DNA from: Auanema rhodensis
Taxonomy: Eukaryota > Animalia > Nematoda
Assembly: GCA_964057225.1 (NCBI GenBank)
Contig: OZ059895.1
Span: 8,928,001 to 8,992,000, forward strand
DNA: 64,000 bases
Direction: 5' to 3'
In this document: piece after piece, positions 1-15,000 of the stretch
Position numbering within the stretch: the first letter of the stretch is position 1
How the letters are laid out: each line of letters begins with the position of its first letter
Notes under the pieces: generated by a model
Seen by the model: only the letters and a program-made list of their open reading frames with translations
Database searches by the model: none
What the model was told of the DNA's origin: nothing
Translations under genes and position numbers: made by a program

Positions 1-3000
1 ACCAGAAGAAGAACAACCCGTTGATATCGTTGAGAAGACAAAGAGCCTCGGAGACAAGATCACCGGTTTATTCAAGAAGGGACCAGCTCATCTGGATTAT
101 CCAACTTCTGAAACATACGATGGACCATTGACTTCCACTGAACGTGCTTCTGAAATTGAAGGAGATGCTCTAACTCATCATGTTGCTGTCTACCACAGTG
201 GACGATCTGACGATCAACCAACTACATCTCAACCTCAGAAACCAGAAGAAGAACAACCCGTTGATATCGTTGAGAAGTCAAAGAGCCTCGGAGACAAGAT
301 CACCGGCTTATTCAAGAAGGGACCAGCTCATCTGGATTATCCAACTTCTGAAACATACGATGGACCATTGACTTCCACTGGACGTGCTTCTGAAATTGAA
401 GGAGATGCTCTAACTCATCATGTTGCTGTCTACCACAGTGGACGATCTGACGATCAACCAACTACATCTCAACCTCAGAAACCAGAAGAAGAACAACCCG
501 TTGATATCGTTGAGAAGTCAAAGAGCCTCGGAGACAAGATCACCGGCTTATTCAAGAAGGGACCAGCTCATCTGGATTATCCAACTTCTGAAACATACGA
601 TGGACCATTGTCTTCTACCGGACGTGCTTCTGAAATTGAAAGAGATGCTCTAACTCATCATGTTGCTGTCTACCACAGTGGACGATCTGACGATCAACCA
701 ACTACATCTCAACCTCAGAAACCAGAAGAAGAACAACCCGTTGATATCGTTGAGAAGACAAAGAGCCTCGGAGACAAGATCACCGGCTTATTCAAGAAGG
801 GACCAGCTCATCTGGATTATCCAACTTCTGAAACATACGATGGACCATTGGCTTCCACTGGACGTGCTTCTGAAATTGAAGGAGATGGTCTAACTCATCA
901 TGTTGCTGTCTACCACAGTGGACGATCTGACGATCAACCAACTACATCTCAACCTCAGAAACCAGAAGAAGAACAACCCGTTGATATCGTTGAGAAGACA
1001 AAGAGCCTCGGAGACAAGATCACCGGTTTATTCAAGAAGGGACCAGCTCATCTGGATTATCCAACTTCTGAAACATACGATGGACCATTGACTACTACCG
1101 GACGTGCTTCTGAAATTGAAGGAGATGCTCTAACTCATCATGTTGCTGTCTACCACAGTGGACGATCTGACGATCAACCAACTACATCTCAACCTCAGAA
1201 ACCAGAAGAAGAACAACCCGTTGATATCGTTGAGAAGACAAAGAGCCTCGGAGACAAGATCACCGGTTTATTCAAGAAGGGACCAGCTCATCTGGATTAT
1301 CCAACTTCTGAAACATACGATGGACCATTGGCTTCCACTGGACGTGCTTCTGAAATTGAAGGAGATGCTCTAACTCATCATGTTGCTGTCTACCACAGTG
1401 GACGATCTGACGATCAACCAACTACATCTCAACCTCAGAAACCAGAAGAAGAACAACCCGTTGATATCGTTGAGAAGACAAAGAGCCTCGGAGACAAGAT
1501 CACCGGCTTATTCAAGAAGGGACCAGCTCATCTGGATTATCCAACTTCTGAAACATACGATGGACCATTGACTACTACCGGACGTGCTTCTGAAATTGAA
1601 GGAGATGCTTTAACTCATCATGTTGCTGTCTACCACAGTGGACGATCTGACGATCAACCAACTACATCTCAACCTCAGAAACCAGAAGAAGAACAACCCG
1701 TTGATATCGTTGAGAAGACAAAGAGCCTCGGTGACAAGATCACCGGCTTATTCAAGAAGGGACCAGCTCATCTGGATTATCCAACTTCTGAAACATACGA
1801 TGGACCATTGGCTTCTACTGGACGTGCTTCTGAAATTGAAGGAGATGCTCTAACTCATCATGTTGCTGTCTACCACAGTGGACGATCTGACGATCAACCA
1901 ACTACATCTCAACCTCAGAAACCAGAAGAAGAACAACCCGTTGATATCGTTGAGAAGACAAAGAGCCTTGGAGACAAGATCACCGGCTTATTCAAGAAGG
2001 GACCAGCTCATCTGGATTATCCAACTTCTGAAACATACGATGGACCATTGGCTTCCACTGGACGTGCTTCTGAAATTGAAGGAGATGCTCTTACTCATCA
2101 TGTTGCTGTCTACCACAGTGGACGATCTGACGATCAACCAACTACATCTCAACCTCAGAAACCAGAAGAAGAACAACCCGTTGATATCGTTGAGAAGACA
2201 AAGAGCCTCGGAGACAAGATCACCGGCTTATTCAAGAAGGGACCAGCTCATCTGGATTATCCAACTTCTGAAACATACGATGGACCATTGACTACTACCG
2301 GACGTGCTTCTGAAATTGAAGGAGATGCTTTAACTCATCATGTTGCTGTCTACCACAGTGGACGATCTGACGATCAACCAACTACATCTCAACCTCAGAA
2401 ACCAGAAGAAGAACAACCCGTTGATATCGTTGAGAAGACAAAGAGCCTCGGTGACAAGATCACCGGCTTATTCAAGAAGGGACCAGCTCATCTGGATTAT
2501 CCAACTTCTGAAACATACGATGGACCATTGGCTTCTACTGGACGTGCTTCTGAAATTGAAGGAGATGCTCTAACTCATCATGTTGCTGTCTACCACAGTG
2601 GACGATCTGACGATCAACCAACTACATCTCAACCTCAGAAACCAGAAGAAGAACAACCCGTTGATATCGTTGAGAAGACAAAGAGCCTTGGAGACAAGAT
2701 CACCGGCTTATTCAAGAAGGGACCAGCTCATCTGGATTATCCAACTTCTGAAACATACGATGGACCATTGGCTTCCACTGGACGTGCTTCTGAAATTGAA
2801 GGAGATGCTCTAACTCATCATGTTGCTGTCTACCACAGTGGACGATCTGACGATCAACCAACTACATCTCAACCTCAGAAACCAGAAGAAGAACAACCCG
2901 TTGATATCGTTGAGAAGACAAAGAGCCTTGGAGACAAGATCACCGGCTTATTCAAGAAGGGACCAGCTCATCTGGATTACCCAACTTCTGAAACATACGA

Positions 3001-6000
3001 TGGACCATTGGCTTCTACTGGACGTGCTTCTGAAATTGAAGGAGATGCTCTAATTCATCATGTTGCTGTCTACCACAGTGGACGATCTGACCATCAACCA
3101 ACTACATCTCAACCTCAGAAACCAGAAGAAGAACAACCCGTTGATATCGTTGAGAAGACAAAGAGCCTCGGAGACAAGATCACCGGCTTATTCAAGAAGG
3201 GACCAGCTCATCTGGATTATCCAACTTCTGAAACATACGATGGACCATTGACTACTACCGGACGTGCTTCTGAAATTGAAGGAGATGCTTTAACTCATCA
3301 TGTTGCTGTCTACCACAGTGGACGATCTGACGATCAACCAACTACATCTCAACCTCAGAAACCAGAAGAAGAACAACCCGTTGATATCGTTGAGAAGACA
3401 AAGAGTCTTGGAGACAAGATGACCGGCTTATTCAAGAAGGGACCAGCTCATCTGGATTATCCAACTTCTGAAATTTACGATGGACCATTGACTACTACCG
3501 GACGTGCTTCTGAAATTGAAGGAGATGCTCTAACTCATCATGTTGCTGTCTACCACAGTGGACGATCTGACGATCAACCAACTACATCTCAACCTCAGAA
3601 ACCAGAAGAAGAACAACCCGTTGATATCGTTGAGAAGACAAAGAGCCTTGGAGACAAGATCACCGGCTTATTCAAGAAGGGACCAGCTCATCTGGATTAT
3701 CCAACTTCTGAAACATACGATGGACCATTGGCTTCTACCGGACGTGCTTCTGAAATTGAAGGAGATGCTCTAACTCATCATGTTGCTGTCTACCACAGTG
3801 GACGATCTGACGATCAACCAACTACATCTCAACCTCAGAAACCAGAAGAAGAAGAACCCGTTGATATCGTTGAGAAGACAAAGAGCCTTGGAGACAAGAT
3901 CACCGGCTTATTCAAGAAGGGACCAGCTCATCTGGATTATCCAACTTCTGAAACATACGATGGACCATTGACTACTACCGGACGTGCTTCTGAAATTGAA
4001 GGAGATGCTCTAACTCATCATGTTGCTGTCTACCACAGTGGACGATCTGACGATCAACCAACTACATCTCAACCTCAGAAACCAGAAGAAGAACAACCCG
4101 TTGATATCGTTGAGAAGACAAAGAGCCTTGGAGACAAGATCACCGGCTTATTCAAGAAGGGACCAGCTCATCTGGATTATCCAACTTCTGAAACATACGA
4201 TGGACCATTGACTACTACCGGACGTGCTTCTGAAATTGAAGGAGATGCTCTAACTCATCATGTTGCTGTCTACCACAGTGGACGATCTGACGATCAACCA
4301 ACTACATCTCAACCTCAGAAACCAGAAGAAGAACAACCCGTTGATATCGTTGAGAAGACAAAGAGCCTTGGAGACAAGATCACCGGCTTATTCAAGAAGG
4401 GACCAGCTCATCTGGATTATCCAACTTCTGAAACATACGATGGACCATTGGCTTCCACTGGACGTGCTTCTGAAATTGAAGGAGATGCTCTAACTCATCA
4501 TGTTGCTGTCTACCACAGTGGACGATCTGACGATCAACCAACTACATCTCAACCTCAGAAACCAGAAGAAGAACAACCCGTTGATATCGTTGAGAAGACA
4601 AAGAGCCTCGGAGACAAGATCACCGGCTTATTCAAGAAGGGACCAGCTCATCTGGATTACCCAACTTCTGAAACATACGATGGACCATTGGCTTCTACTG
4701 GACGTGCTTCTGAAATTGAAGGAGATGCTCTAACTCATCATGTTGCTGTCTACCACAGTGGACGATCTGACGATCAACCAACTACATCTGAACCTCAGAA
4801 ACCAGAAGAAGAACAACCCGTTGATATCGTTGAGAAGACAAAGAGCCTCGGAGACAAGATCACCGGCTTATTCAAGAAGGGACCAGCTCATCTGGATTAC
4901 CCAACTTCTGAAACATACGATGGACCATTGGCTTCTACTGGACGTGCTTCTGAAATTGAAGGAGATGCTCTAACTCATCATGTTGCTGTCTACCACAGTG
5001 GACGATCTGACGATCAACCAACTACATCTCAACCTCAGAAACCAGAAGAAGAACAACCCGTTGATATCGTTGAGAAGACAAAGAGCCTTGGAGACAAGAT
5101 GACCGGCTTATTCAAGAAGGGACCAGCTCATCTGGATTATCCAACTTCTGAAATTTACGATGGACCATTGACTACTACCGGACGTGCTTCTGAAATTGAA
5201 GGAGATGCTCTAACTCATCATGTTGCTGTCTACCACAGTGGACGATCTGACGATCAACCAACTACATCTGAACCTCAGAAACCAGAAAAAGAACAACCCG
5301 TTGATATCGTTGAGAAGACAAAGAGCCTTGGAGACAAGATCACCGGCTTATTCAAGAAGGGACCAGCTCATCTGGATTATCCAACTTCTGAAATTTACGA
5401 TGGACCATTGACTACTACCGGACGTGCTTCTGAAATTGAAGGAGATGCTCTAACTCATCATGTTGCTGTCTACCACAGTGGACGATCTGACGATCAATCG
5501 ACTACATCTCAACCTCAGAAACCAGAAGAAGAACAACCCGTTGATATCGTTGAGAAGACAAAGAGCCTTGGAGACAAGATCACCGGCTTATTCAAGAAGG
5601 GACCAGCTCATCTGGATTATCCAACTTCTGAAACATACGATGGACCATTGGCTTCTACCGGACGTGCTTCTGAAATTGAAGGAGATGCTCTAACTCATCA
5701 TGTTGCTGTCTACCACAGTGGACGATCTGACGATCAACCAACTACATCTCAACCTCAGAAACCAGAAGAAGAACAACCCGTTGATATCGTTGAGAAGACA
5801 AAGAGCCTTGGAGACAAGATCACCGGCTTATTCAAGAAGGGACCAGCTCATCTGGATTATCCAACTTCTGAAACATACGATGGACCATTGACTACTACCG
5901 GACGTGCTTCTGAAATTGAAGGAGATGCTCTAACTCATCATGTTGCTGTCTACCACAGTGGACGATCTGACAATCAACCAACTACATCTCAACCTCAGAA

Positions 6001-9000
6001 ACCAGAAGAAGAACAACCCGTTGATATCGTTGAGAAGACAAAGAGCCTCGGAGACAAGATCACCGGCTTATTCAAGAAGGGACCAGCTCATCTGGACTAT
6101 CCAACTTCTGAAACATACGATGGACCATTGGCTTCCACTGGACGTGCTTCTGAAATTGAAGGAGACGCTCTTACTCATCATGTTGCTGTCTATCACAGTG
6201 GACGATCTGACGATCAACCAACTACATCTCAACCTCAGAAACCAGAAGAAGAACAACCCGTTGATATCGTTGAGAAGACAAAGAGCCTCGGAGACAAGAT
6301 CACCGGCTTATTCAAGAAGGGACCAGCTCATCTGGACTATCCAACTTCTGAAACATACGATGGACCATTGGCTTCCACTGGACGTGCTTCTGAAATTGAA
6401 GGAGACGCTCTTACTCATCATGTTGCTGTCTATCACAGTGGACGATCTGACGATCAACCAACTACATCTCAACCTCAGAAACCAGAAGAAGAACAACCCG
6501 TTGATATCGTTGAGAAGACAAAGAGCCTTGGAGACAAGATCACCGGCTTATTCAAGAAGGGACCAGCTCATCTGGATTATCCAACTTCTGAAACATACGA
6601 TGGACCATTGGCTTCTACCGGACGTGCTTCTGAAATTGAAGGAGATGCTCTAACTCATCATGTTGCTGTCTACCACAGTGGACGATCTGACGATCAACCA
6701 ACTACATCTCAACCTCAGAAACCAGAAGAAGAACAACCCGTTGATATCGTTGAGAAGACAAAGAGCCTTGGAGACAAGATCACCGGCTTATTCAAGAAGG
6801 GACCAGCTCATCTGGATTATCCAACTTCTGAAACATACGATGGACCATTGACTACTACCGGACGTGCTTCTGAAATTGAAGGAGATGCTCTAACTCATCA
6901 TGTTGCTGTCTACCACAGTGGACGATCTGACGATCAACCAACTACATCTCAACCTCAGAAACCAGAAGAAGAACAACCCGTTGATATCGTTGAGAAGACA
7001 AAGAGCCTCGGAGACAAGATCACCGGCTTATTCAAGAAGGGACCAGCTCATCTGGACTATCCAACTTCTGAAACATACGATGGACCATTGGCTTCTACTG
7101 GACGTGCTTCTGAAATTGAAGGAGATGCTCTAACTCATCATGTTGCTGTCTACCACAGTGGACGATCTGACGATCAACCAACTACATCTCAACCTCAGAA
7201 ACCAGAAGAAGAACAACCCGTTGATATCATTGAGAAGACAAAGAGCCTTGGAGACAAGATCACCGGCTTATTCAAGAAGGGACCAGCTCATCTGGATTAT
7301 CCAACTTCTGAAACATACGATGGACCATTGACTACTACCGGACGTGCTTCTGAAATTGAAGGAGATGCTCTAACTCATCATGTTGCTGTCTACCACAGTG
7401 GACGATCTGACGATCAACCAACTACATCTCAACCTCAGAAACCAGAAGAAGAACAACCCGTTGATATCGTTGAGAAGACAAAGAGCCTCGGAGACAAGAT
7501 CACCGGCTTATTCAAGAAGGGACCAGCTCATCTGGACTATCCAACTTCTGAAACATACGATGGACCATTGGCTTCTACTGGACGTGCTTCTGAAATTGAA
7601 GGAGATGCTCTAACTCATCATGTTGCTGTCTACCACAGTGGACGATCTGACGATCAACCAACTACATCTCAACCTCAGAAACCAGAAGAAGAACAACCCG
7701 TTGATATCGTTGAGAAGACAAAGAGCCTTGGAGACAAGATCACCGGCTTATTCAAGAAGGGACCAGCTCATCTGGATTATCCAACTTCTGAAACATACGA
7801 TGGACCATTGGCTTCCACTGGACGTGCTTCTGAAATTGAAGGAGATGCTCTAACTCATCATGTTGCTGTCTACCACAGTGGACGATCTGACGATCAACCA
7901 ACTACATCTCAACCTCAGAAACCAGAAGAAGAACAACCCGTTGATATCGTTGAGAAGACAAAGAGCCTCGGAGACAAGATCACCGGCTTGTTCAAGAAGG
8001 GACCAGCTCATCTGGATTATCCAACTTCTGAAACATACGATGGACCATTGTCTTCCACTGGACGTGCTTCTGAAATTGAAGGAGATGCTCTAACTCATCA
8101 TGTTGCTGTCTACCACAGTGGACGATCTGACGATCAACCAACTACATCTCAACCTCAGAAACCAGAAGAAGAACAACCCGTTGATATCGTTGAGAAGACA
8201 AAGAGCCTCGGAGACAAGATCACCGGCTTGTTCAAGAAGGGACCAGCTCATCTGGATTATCCAACTTCTGAAACATACGATGGACCATTGTCTTCCACTG
8301 GACGTGCTTCTGAAATTGAAGGAGATGCTCTAACTCATCATGTTGCTGTCTACCACAGTGGACGATCTGACGATCAACCAACTACATCTCAACCTCAGAA
8401 ACCAGAAGAAGAACAACCCGTTGATATTGTTGAGAAGACAAAGAGCCTCGGAGACAAGATCACCGGCTTATTCAAGAAGGGACCAGCTCATCTGGATTAT
8501 CCAACTTCTGAAACATACGATGGACCATTGACTACTACCGGACGTGCTTCTGAAATTGAAGGAGATGCTCTAACTCATCATGTTGCTGTCTACCACAGTG
8601 GACGATCTGACGATCAACCAACTACATCTCAACCTCAGAAACCAGAAGAAGAACAACCCGTTGATATCGTTGAGAAGACAAAGAGCCTTGGAGACAAGAT
8701 CACCGGCTTATTCAAGAAGGGACCAGCTCATCTGGATTATCCAACTTCTGAAACATACGATGGACCATTGGCTTCCACTGGACGTGCTTCTGAAATTGAA
8801 GGAGATGCTCTAACTCATCATGTTGCTGTCTACCACAGTGGACGATCTGACGATCAACCAACTACATCTCAACCTCAGAAACCAGAAGAAGAACAACCCG
8901 TTGATATCGTTGAGAAGACAAAGAGCCTTGGAGACAAGATCACCGGCTTATTCAAGAAGGGACCAGCTCATCTGGATTATCCAACTTCTGAAACATACGA

Positions 9001-12000
9001 TGGACCATTGGCTTCCACTGGACGTGCTTCTGAAATTGAAGGAGATGCTCTAACTCATCATGTTGCTGTCTACCACAGTGGACGATCTGACGATCAACCA
9101 ACTACATCTCAACCTCAGAAACCAGAAGAAGAACAACCCGTTGATATCGTTGAGAAGACAAAGAGCCTTGGAGACAAGATCACCGGCTTATTCAAGAAGG
9201 GACCAGCTCATCTGGATTATCCAACTTCTGAAACATACGATGGACCATTGGCTTCCACTGGACGTGCTTCTGAAATTGAAGGAGATGCTCTAACTCATCA
9301 TGTTGCTGTCTACCACAGTGGACGATCTGACGATCAACCAACTACATCTCAACCTCAGAAACCAGAAGAAGAACAACCCGTTGATATCGTTGAGAAGACA
9401 AAGAGCCTTGGAGACAAGATCACCGGCTTATTCAAGAAGGGACCAGCTCATCTGGATTATCCAACTTCTGAAACATACGATGGACCATTGACTACTACCG
9501 GACGTGCTTCTGAAATTGAAGGAGATGCTCTAACTCATCATGTTGCTGTCTACCACAGTGGACGATCTGACGATCAATCAACTACATCTCAACCTCAGAA
9601 ACCAGAAGAAGAACAACCCGTTGATATCGTTGAGAAGACAAAGAGCCTCGGAGACAAGATCACCGGCTTATTCAAGAAGGGACCAGCTCATCTGGATTAT
9701 CCAACTTCTGAAACATACGATGGACCATTGACTACTACCGGACGTGCTTCTGAAATTGAAGGAGATGCTCTAACTCATCATGTTGCTGTCTACCACAGTG
9801 GACGATCTGACGATCAATCAACTACATCTCAACCTCAGAAACCAGAAGAAGAACAACCCGTTGATATCGTTGAGAAGACAAAGAGCCTTGGAGACAAGAT
9901 CACCGGCTTATTCAAGAAGGGACCAGCTCATCTGGATTATCCAACTTCTGAAACATACGATGGACCATTGGCTTCCACTGGACGTGCTTCTGAAATTGAA
10001 GGAGATGCTCTAACTCATCATGTTGCTGTCTACCACAGTGGACGATCTGACGATCAATCAACTACATCTCAACCTCAGAAACCAGAAGAAGAACAACCCG
10101 TTGATATCGTTGAGAAGACAAAGAGCCTCGGAGACAAGATCACCGGCTTGTTCAAGAAGGGACCAGCTCATCTGGATTATCCAACTTCTGAAACATACGA
10201 TGGACCATTGACTACTACCGGACGTGCTTCTGAAATTGAAGGAGATGCTCTAACTCATCATGTTGCTGTCTACCACAGTGGACGATCTGACGATCAATCA
10301 ACTACATCTCAACCTCAGAAACCAGAAGAAGAACAACCCGTTGATATCGTTGAGAAGACAAAGAGCCTCGGAGACAAGATCACCGGCTTGTTCAAGAAGG
10401 GACCAGCTCATCTGGATTATCCAACTTCTGAAAGATACGATGGACCATTGTCTTCCACTGGACGTGCTTCTGAAATTGAAGGAGATGCTCTAACTCATCA
10501 TGTTGCTGTCTACCACAGTGGACGATCTGACGATCAACCAACTACATCTCAACCTCAGAAACCAGAAGAAGAACAACCCGTTGATATCGTTGAGAAGACA
10601 AAGAGCCTCGGAGACAAGATCACCGGCTTATTCAAGAAGGGACCAGCTCATCTGGATTATCCAACTTCTGAAACATACGATGGACCATTGACTACTACCG
10701 GACGTGCTTCTGAAATTGAAGGAGATGCTCTAACTCATCATGTTGCTGTCTACCACAGTGGACGATCTGACGATCAATCAACTACATCTCAACCTCAGAA
10801 ACCAGAAGAAGAACAACCCGTTGATATCGTTGAGAAGACAAAGAGCCTCGGAGACAAGATCACCGGCTTGTTCAAGAAGGGACCAGCTCATCTGGATTAT
10901 CCAACTTCTGAAAGATACGATGGACCATTGTCTTCCACTGGACGTGCTTCTGAAATTGAAGGAGATGCTCTAACTCATCATGTTGCTGTCTACCACAGTG
11001 GACGATCTGACGATCAACCAACTACATCTCAACCTCAGAAACCAGAAGAAGAACAACCCGTTGATATCGTTGAGAAGACAAAGAGCCTCGGAGACAAGAT
11101 CACCGGCTTATTCAAGAAGGGACCAGCTCATCTGGATTATCCAACTTCTGAAACATACGATGGACCATTGACTACTACCGGACGTGCTTCTGAAATTGAA
11201 GGAGATGCTCTAACTCATCATGTTGCTGTCTACCACAGTGGACGATCTGACGATCAACCAACTACATCTCAACCTCAGAAACCAGAAGAAGAACAACCCG
11301 TTGATATCGTTGAGAAGACAAAGAGCCTCGGAGACAAGATCACCGGCTTATTCAAGAAGGGACCAGCTCATCTGGATTATCCAACTTCTGAAACATACGA
11401 TGGACCATTGACTACTACCGGACGTGCTTCTGAAATTGAAGGAGATGCTCTAACTCATCATGTTGCTGTCTACCACAGTGGACGATCTGACGATCAACCA
11501 ACTACATCTCAACCTCAGAAACCAGAAGAAGAACAACCCGTTGATATCGTTGAGAAGACAAAGAGCCTTGGAGACAAGATCACCGGCTTATTCAAGAAGG
11601 GACCAGCTCATCTGGATTATCCAACTTCTGAAACATACGATGGACCATTGACTACTACCGGACGTGCTTCTGAAATTGAAGGAGATGCTCTAACTCATCA
11701 TGTTGCTGTCTACCACAGTGGACGATCTGACGATCAACCAACTACATCTCAACCTCAGAAACCAGAAGAAGAACAACCCGTTGATATCGTTGAGAAGACA
11801 AAGAGCCTCGGAGACAAGATCACCGGCTTGTTCAAGAAGGGACCAGCTCATCTGGATTATCCAACTTCTGAAACATACGATGGACCATTGTCTTCCACTG
11901 GACGTGCTTCTGAAATTGAAGGAGATGCTCTAACTCATCATGTTGCTGTCTACCACAGTGGACGATCTGACGATCAACCAACTACATCTCAACCTCAGAA

Positions 12001-15000
12001 ACCAGAAGAAGAACAACCCGTTGATATCGTTGAGAAGACAAAGAGCCTCGGAGACAAGATCACCGGCTTATTCAAGAAGGGACCAGCTCATCTGGATTAT
12101 CCAACTTCTGAAACATACGATGGACCATTGACTACTACCGGACGTGCTTCTGAAATTGAAGGAGATGCTCTAACTCATCATGTTGCTGTCTACCACAGTG
12201 GACGATCTGACGATCAACCAACTACATCTCAACCTCAGAAACCAGAAGAAGAACAACCCGTTGATATCGTTGAGAAGACAAAGAGCCTTGGAGACAAGAT
12301 CACCGGCTTATTCAAGAAGGGACCAGCTCATCTGGATTATCCAACTTCTGAAACATACGATGGACCATTGACTACTACCGGACGTGCTTCTGAAATTGAA
12401 GGAGATGCTCTAACTCATCATGTTGCTGTCTACCACAGTGGACGATCTGACGATCAATCAACTACATCTCAACCTCAGAAACCAGAAGAAGAACAACCCG
12501 TTGATATCGTTGAGAAGACAAAGAGCCTCGGAGACAAGATCACCGGCTTATTCAAGAAGGGACCAGCTCATCTGGATTATCCAACTTCTGAAACATACGA
12601 TGGACCATTGACTACTACCGGACGTGCTTCTGAAATTGAAGGAGATGCTCTAACTCATCATGTTGCTGTCTACCACAGTGGACGATCTGACGATCAATCA
12701 ACTACATCTCAACCTCAGAAACCAGAAGAAGAACAACCCGTTGATATCGTTGAGAAGACAAAGAGCCTTGGAGACAAGATCACCGGCTTATTCAAGAAGG
12801 GACCAGCTCATCTGGATTATCCAACTTCTGAAACATACGATGGACCATTGGCTTCCACTGGACGTGCTTCTGAAATTGAAGGAGATGCTCTAACTCATCA
12901 TGTTGCTGTCTACCACAGTGGACGATCTGACGATCAATCAACTACATCTCAACCTCAGAAACCAGAAGAAGAACAACCCGTTGATATCGTTGAGAAGACA
13001 AAGAGCCTCGGAGACAAGATCACCGGCTTGTTCAAGAAGGGACCAGCTCATCTGGATTATCCAACTTCTGAAACATACGATGGACCATTGACTACTACCG
13101 GACGTGCTTCTGAAATTGAAGGAGATGCTCTAACTCATCATGTTGCTGTCTACCACAGTGGACGATCTGACGATCAATCAACTACATCTCAACCTCAGAA
13201 ACCAGAAGAAGAACAACCCGTTGATATCGTTGAGAAGACAAAGAGCCTCGGAGACAAGATCACCGGCTTGTTCAAGAAGGGACCAGCTCATCTGGATTAT
13301 CCAACTTCTGAAAGATACGATGGACCATTGTCTTCCACTGGACGTGCTTCTGAAATTGAAGGAGATGCTCTAACTCATCATGTTGCTGTCTACCACAGTG
13401 GACGATCTGACGATCAACCAACTACATCTCAACCTCAGAAACCAGAAGAAGAACAACCCGTTGATATCGTTGAGAAGACAAAGAGCCTCGGAGACAAGAT
13501 CACCGGCTTATTCAAGAAGGGACCAGCTCATCTGGATTATCCAACTTCTGAAACATACGATGGACCATTGACTACTACCGGACGTGCTTCTGAAATTGAA
13601 GGAGATGCTCTAACTCATCATGTTGCTGTCTACCACAGTGGACGATCTGACGATCAATCAACTACATCTCAACCTCAGAAACCAGAAGAAGAACAACCCG
13701 TTGATATCGTTGAGAAGACAAAGAGCCTCGGAGACAAGATCACCGGCTTGTTCAAGAAGGGACCAGCTCATCTGGATTATCCAACTTCTGAAAGATACGA
13801 TGGACCATTGTCTTCCACTGGACGTGCTTCTGAAATTGAAGGAGATGCTCTAACTCATCATGTTGCTGTCTACCACAGTGGACGATCTGACGATCAACCA
13901 ACTACATCTCAACCTCAGAAACCAGAAGAAGAACAACCCGTTGATATCGTTGAGAAGACAAAGAGCCTCGGAGACAAGATCACCGGCTTATTCAAGAAGG
14001 GACCAGCTCATCTGGATTATCCAACTTCTGAAACATACGATGGACCATTGACTACTACCGGACGTGCTTCTGAAATTGAAGGAGATGCTCTAACTCATCA
14101 TGTTGCTGTCTACCACAGTGGACGATCTGACGATCAACCAACTACATCTCAACCTCAGAAACCAGAAGAAGAACAACCCGTTGATATCGTTGAGAAGACA
14201 AAGAGCCTCGGAGACAAGATCACCGGCTTATTCAAGAAGGGACCAGCTCATCTGGATTATCCAACTTCTGAAACATACGATGGACCATTGACTACTACCG
14301 GACGTGCTTCTGAAATTGAAGGAGATGCTCTAACTCATCATGTTGCTGTCTACCACAGTGGACGATCTGACGATCAACCAACTACATCTCAACCTCAGAA
14401 ACCAGAAGAAGAACAACCCGTTGATATCGTTGAGAAGACAAAGAGCCTTGGAGACAAGATCACCGGCTTATTCAAGAAGGGACCAGCTCATCTGGATTAT
14501 CCAACTTCTGAAACATACGATGGACCATTGACTACTACCGGACGTGCTTCTGAAATTGAAGGAGATGCTCTAACTCATCATGTTGCTGTCTACCACAGTG
14601 GACGATCTGACGATCAACCAACTACATCTCAACCTCAGAAACCAGAAGAAGAACAACCCGTTGATATCGTTGAGAAGACAAAGAGCCTCGGAGACAAGAT
14701 CACCGGCTTGTTCAAGAAGGGACCAGCTCATCTGGATTATCCAACTTCTGAAACATACGATGGACCATTGTCTTCCACTGGACGTGCTTCTGAAATTGAA
14801 GGAGATGCTCTAACTCATCATGTTGCTGTCTACCACAGTGGACGATCTGACGATCAACCAACTACATCTCAACCTCAGAAACCAGAAGAAGAACAACCCG
14901 TTGATATCGTTGAGAAGACAAAGAGCCTCGGAGACAAGATCACCGGCTTATTCAAGAAGGGACCAGCTCATCTGGATTATCCAACTTCTGAAACATACGA

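Noticed and set aside
128-130. Start codon of the giant ORF as given in the track
   Set aside because: It is an internal TTG (Leu), and the frame is open back to base 2.
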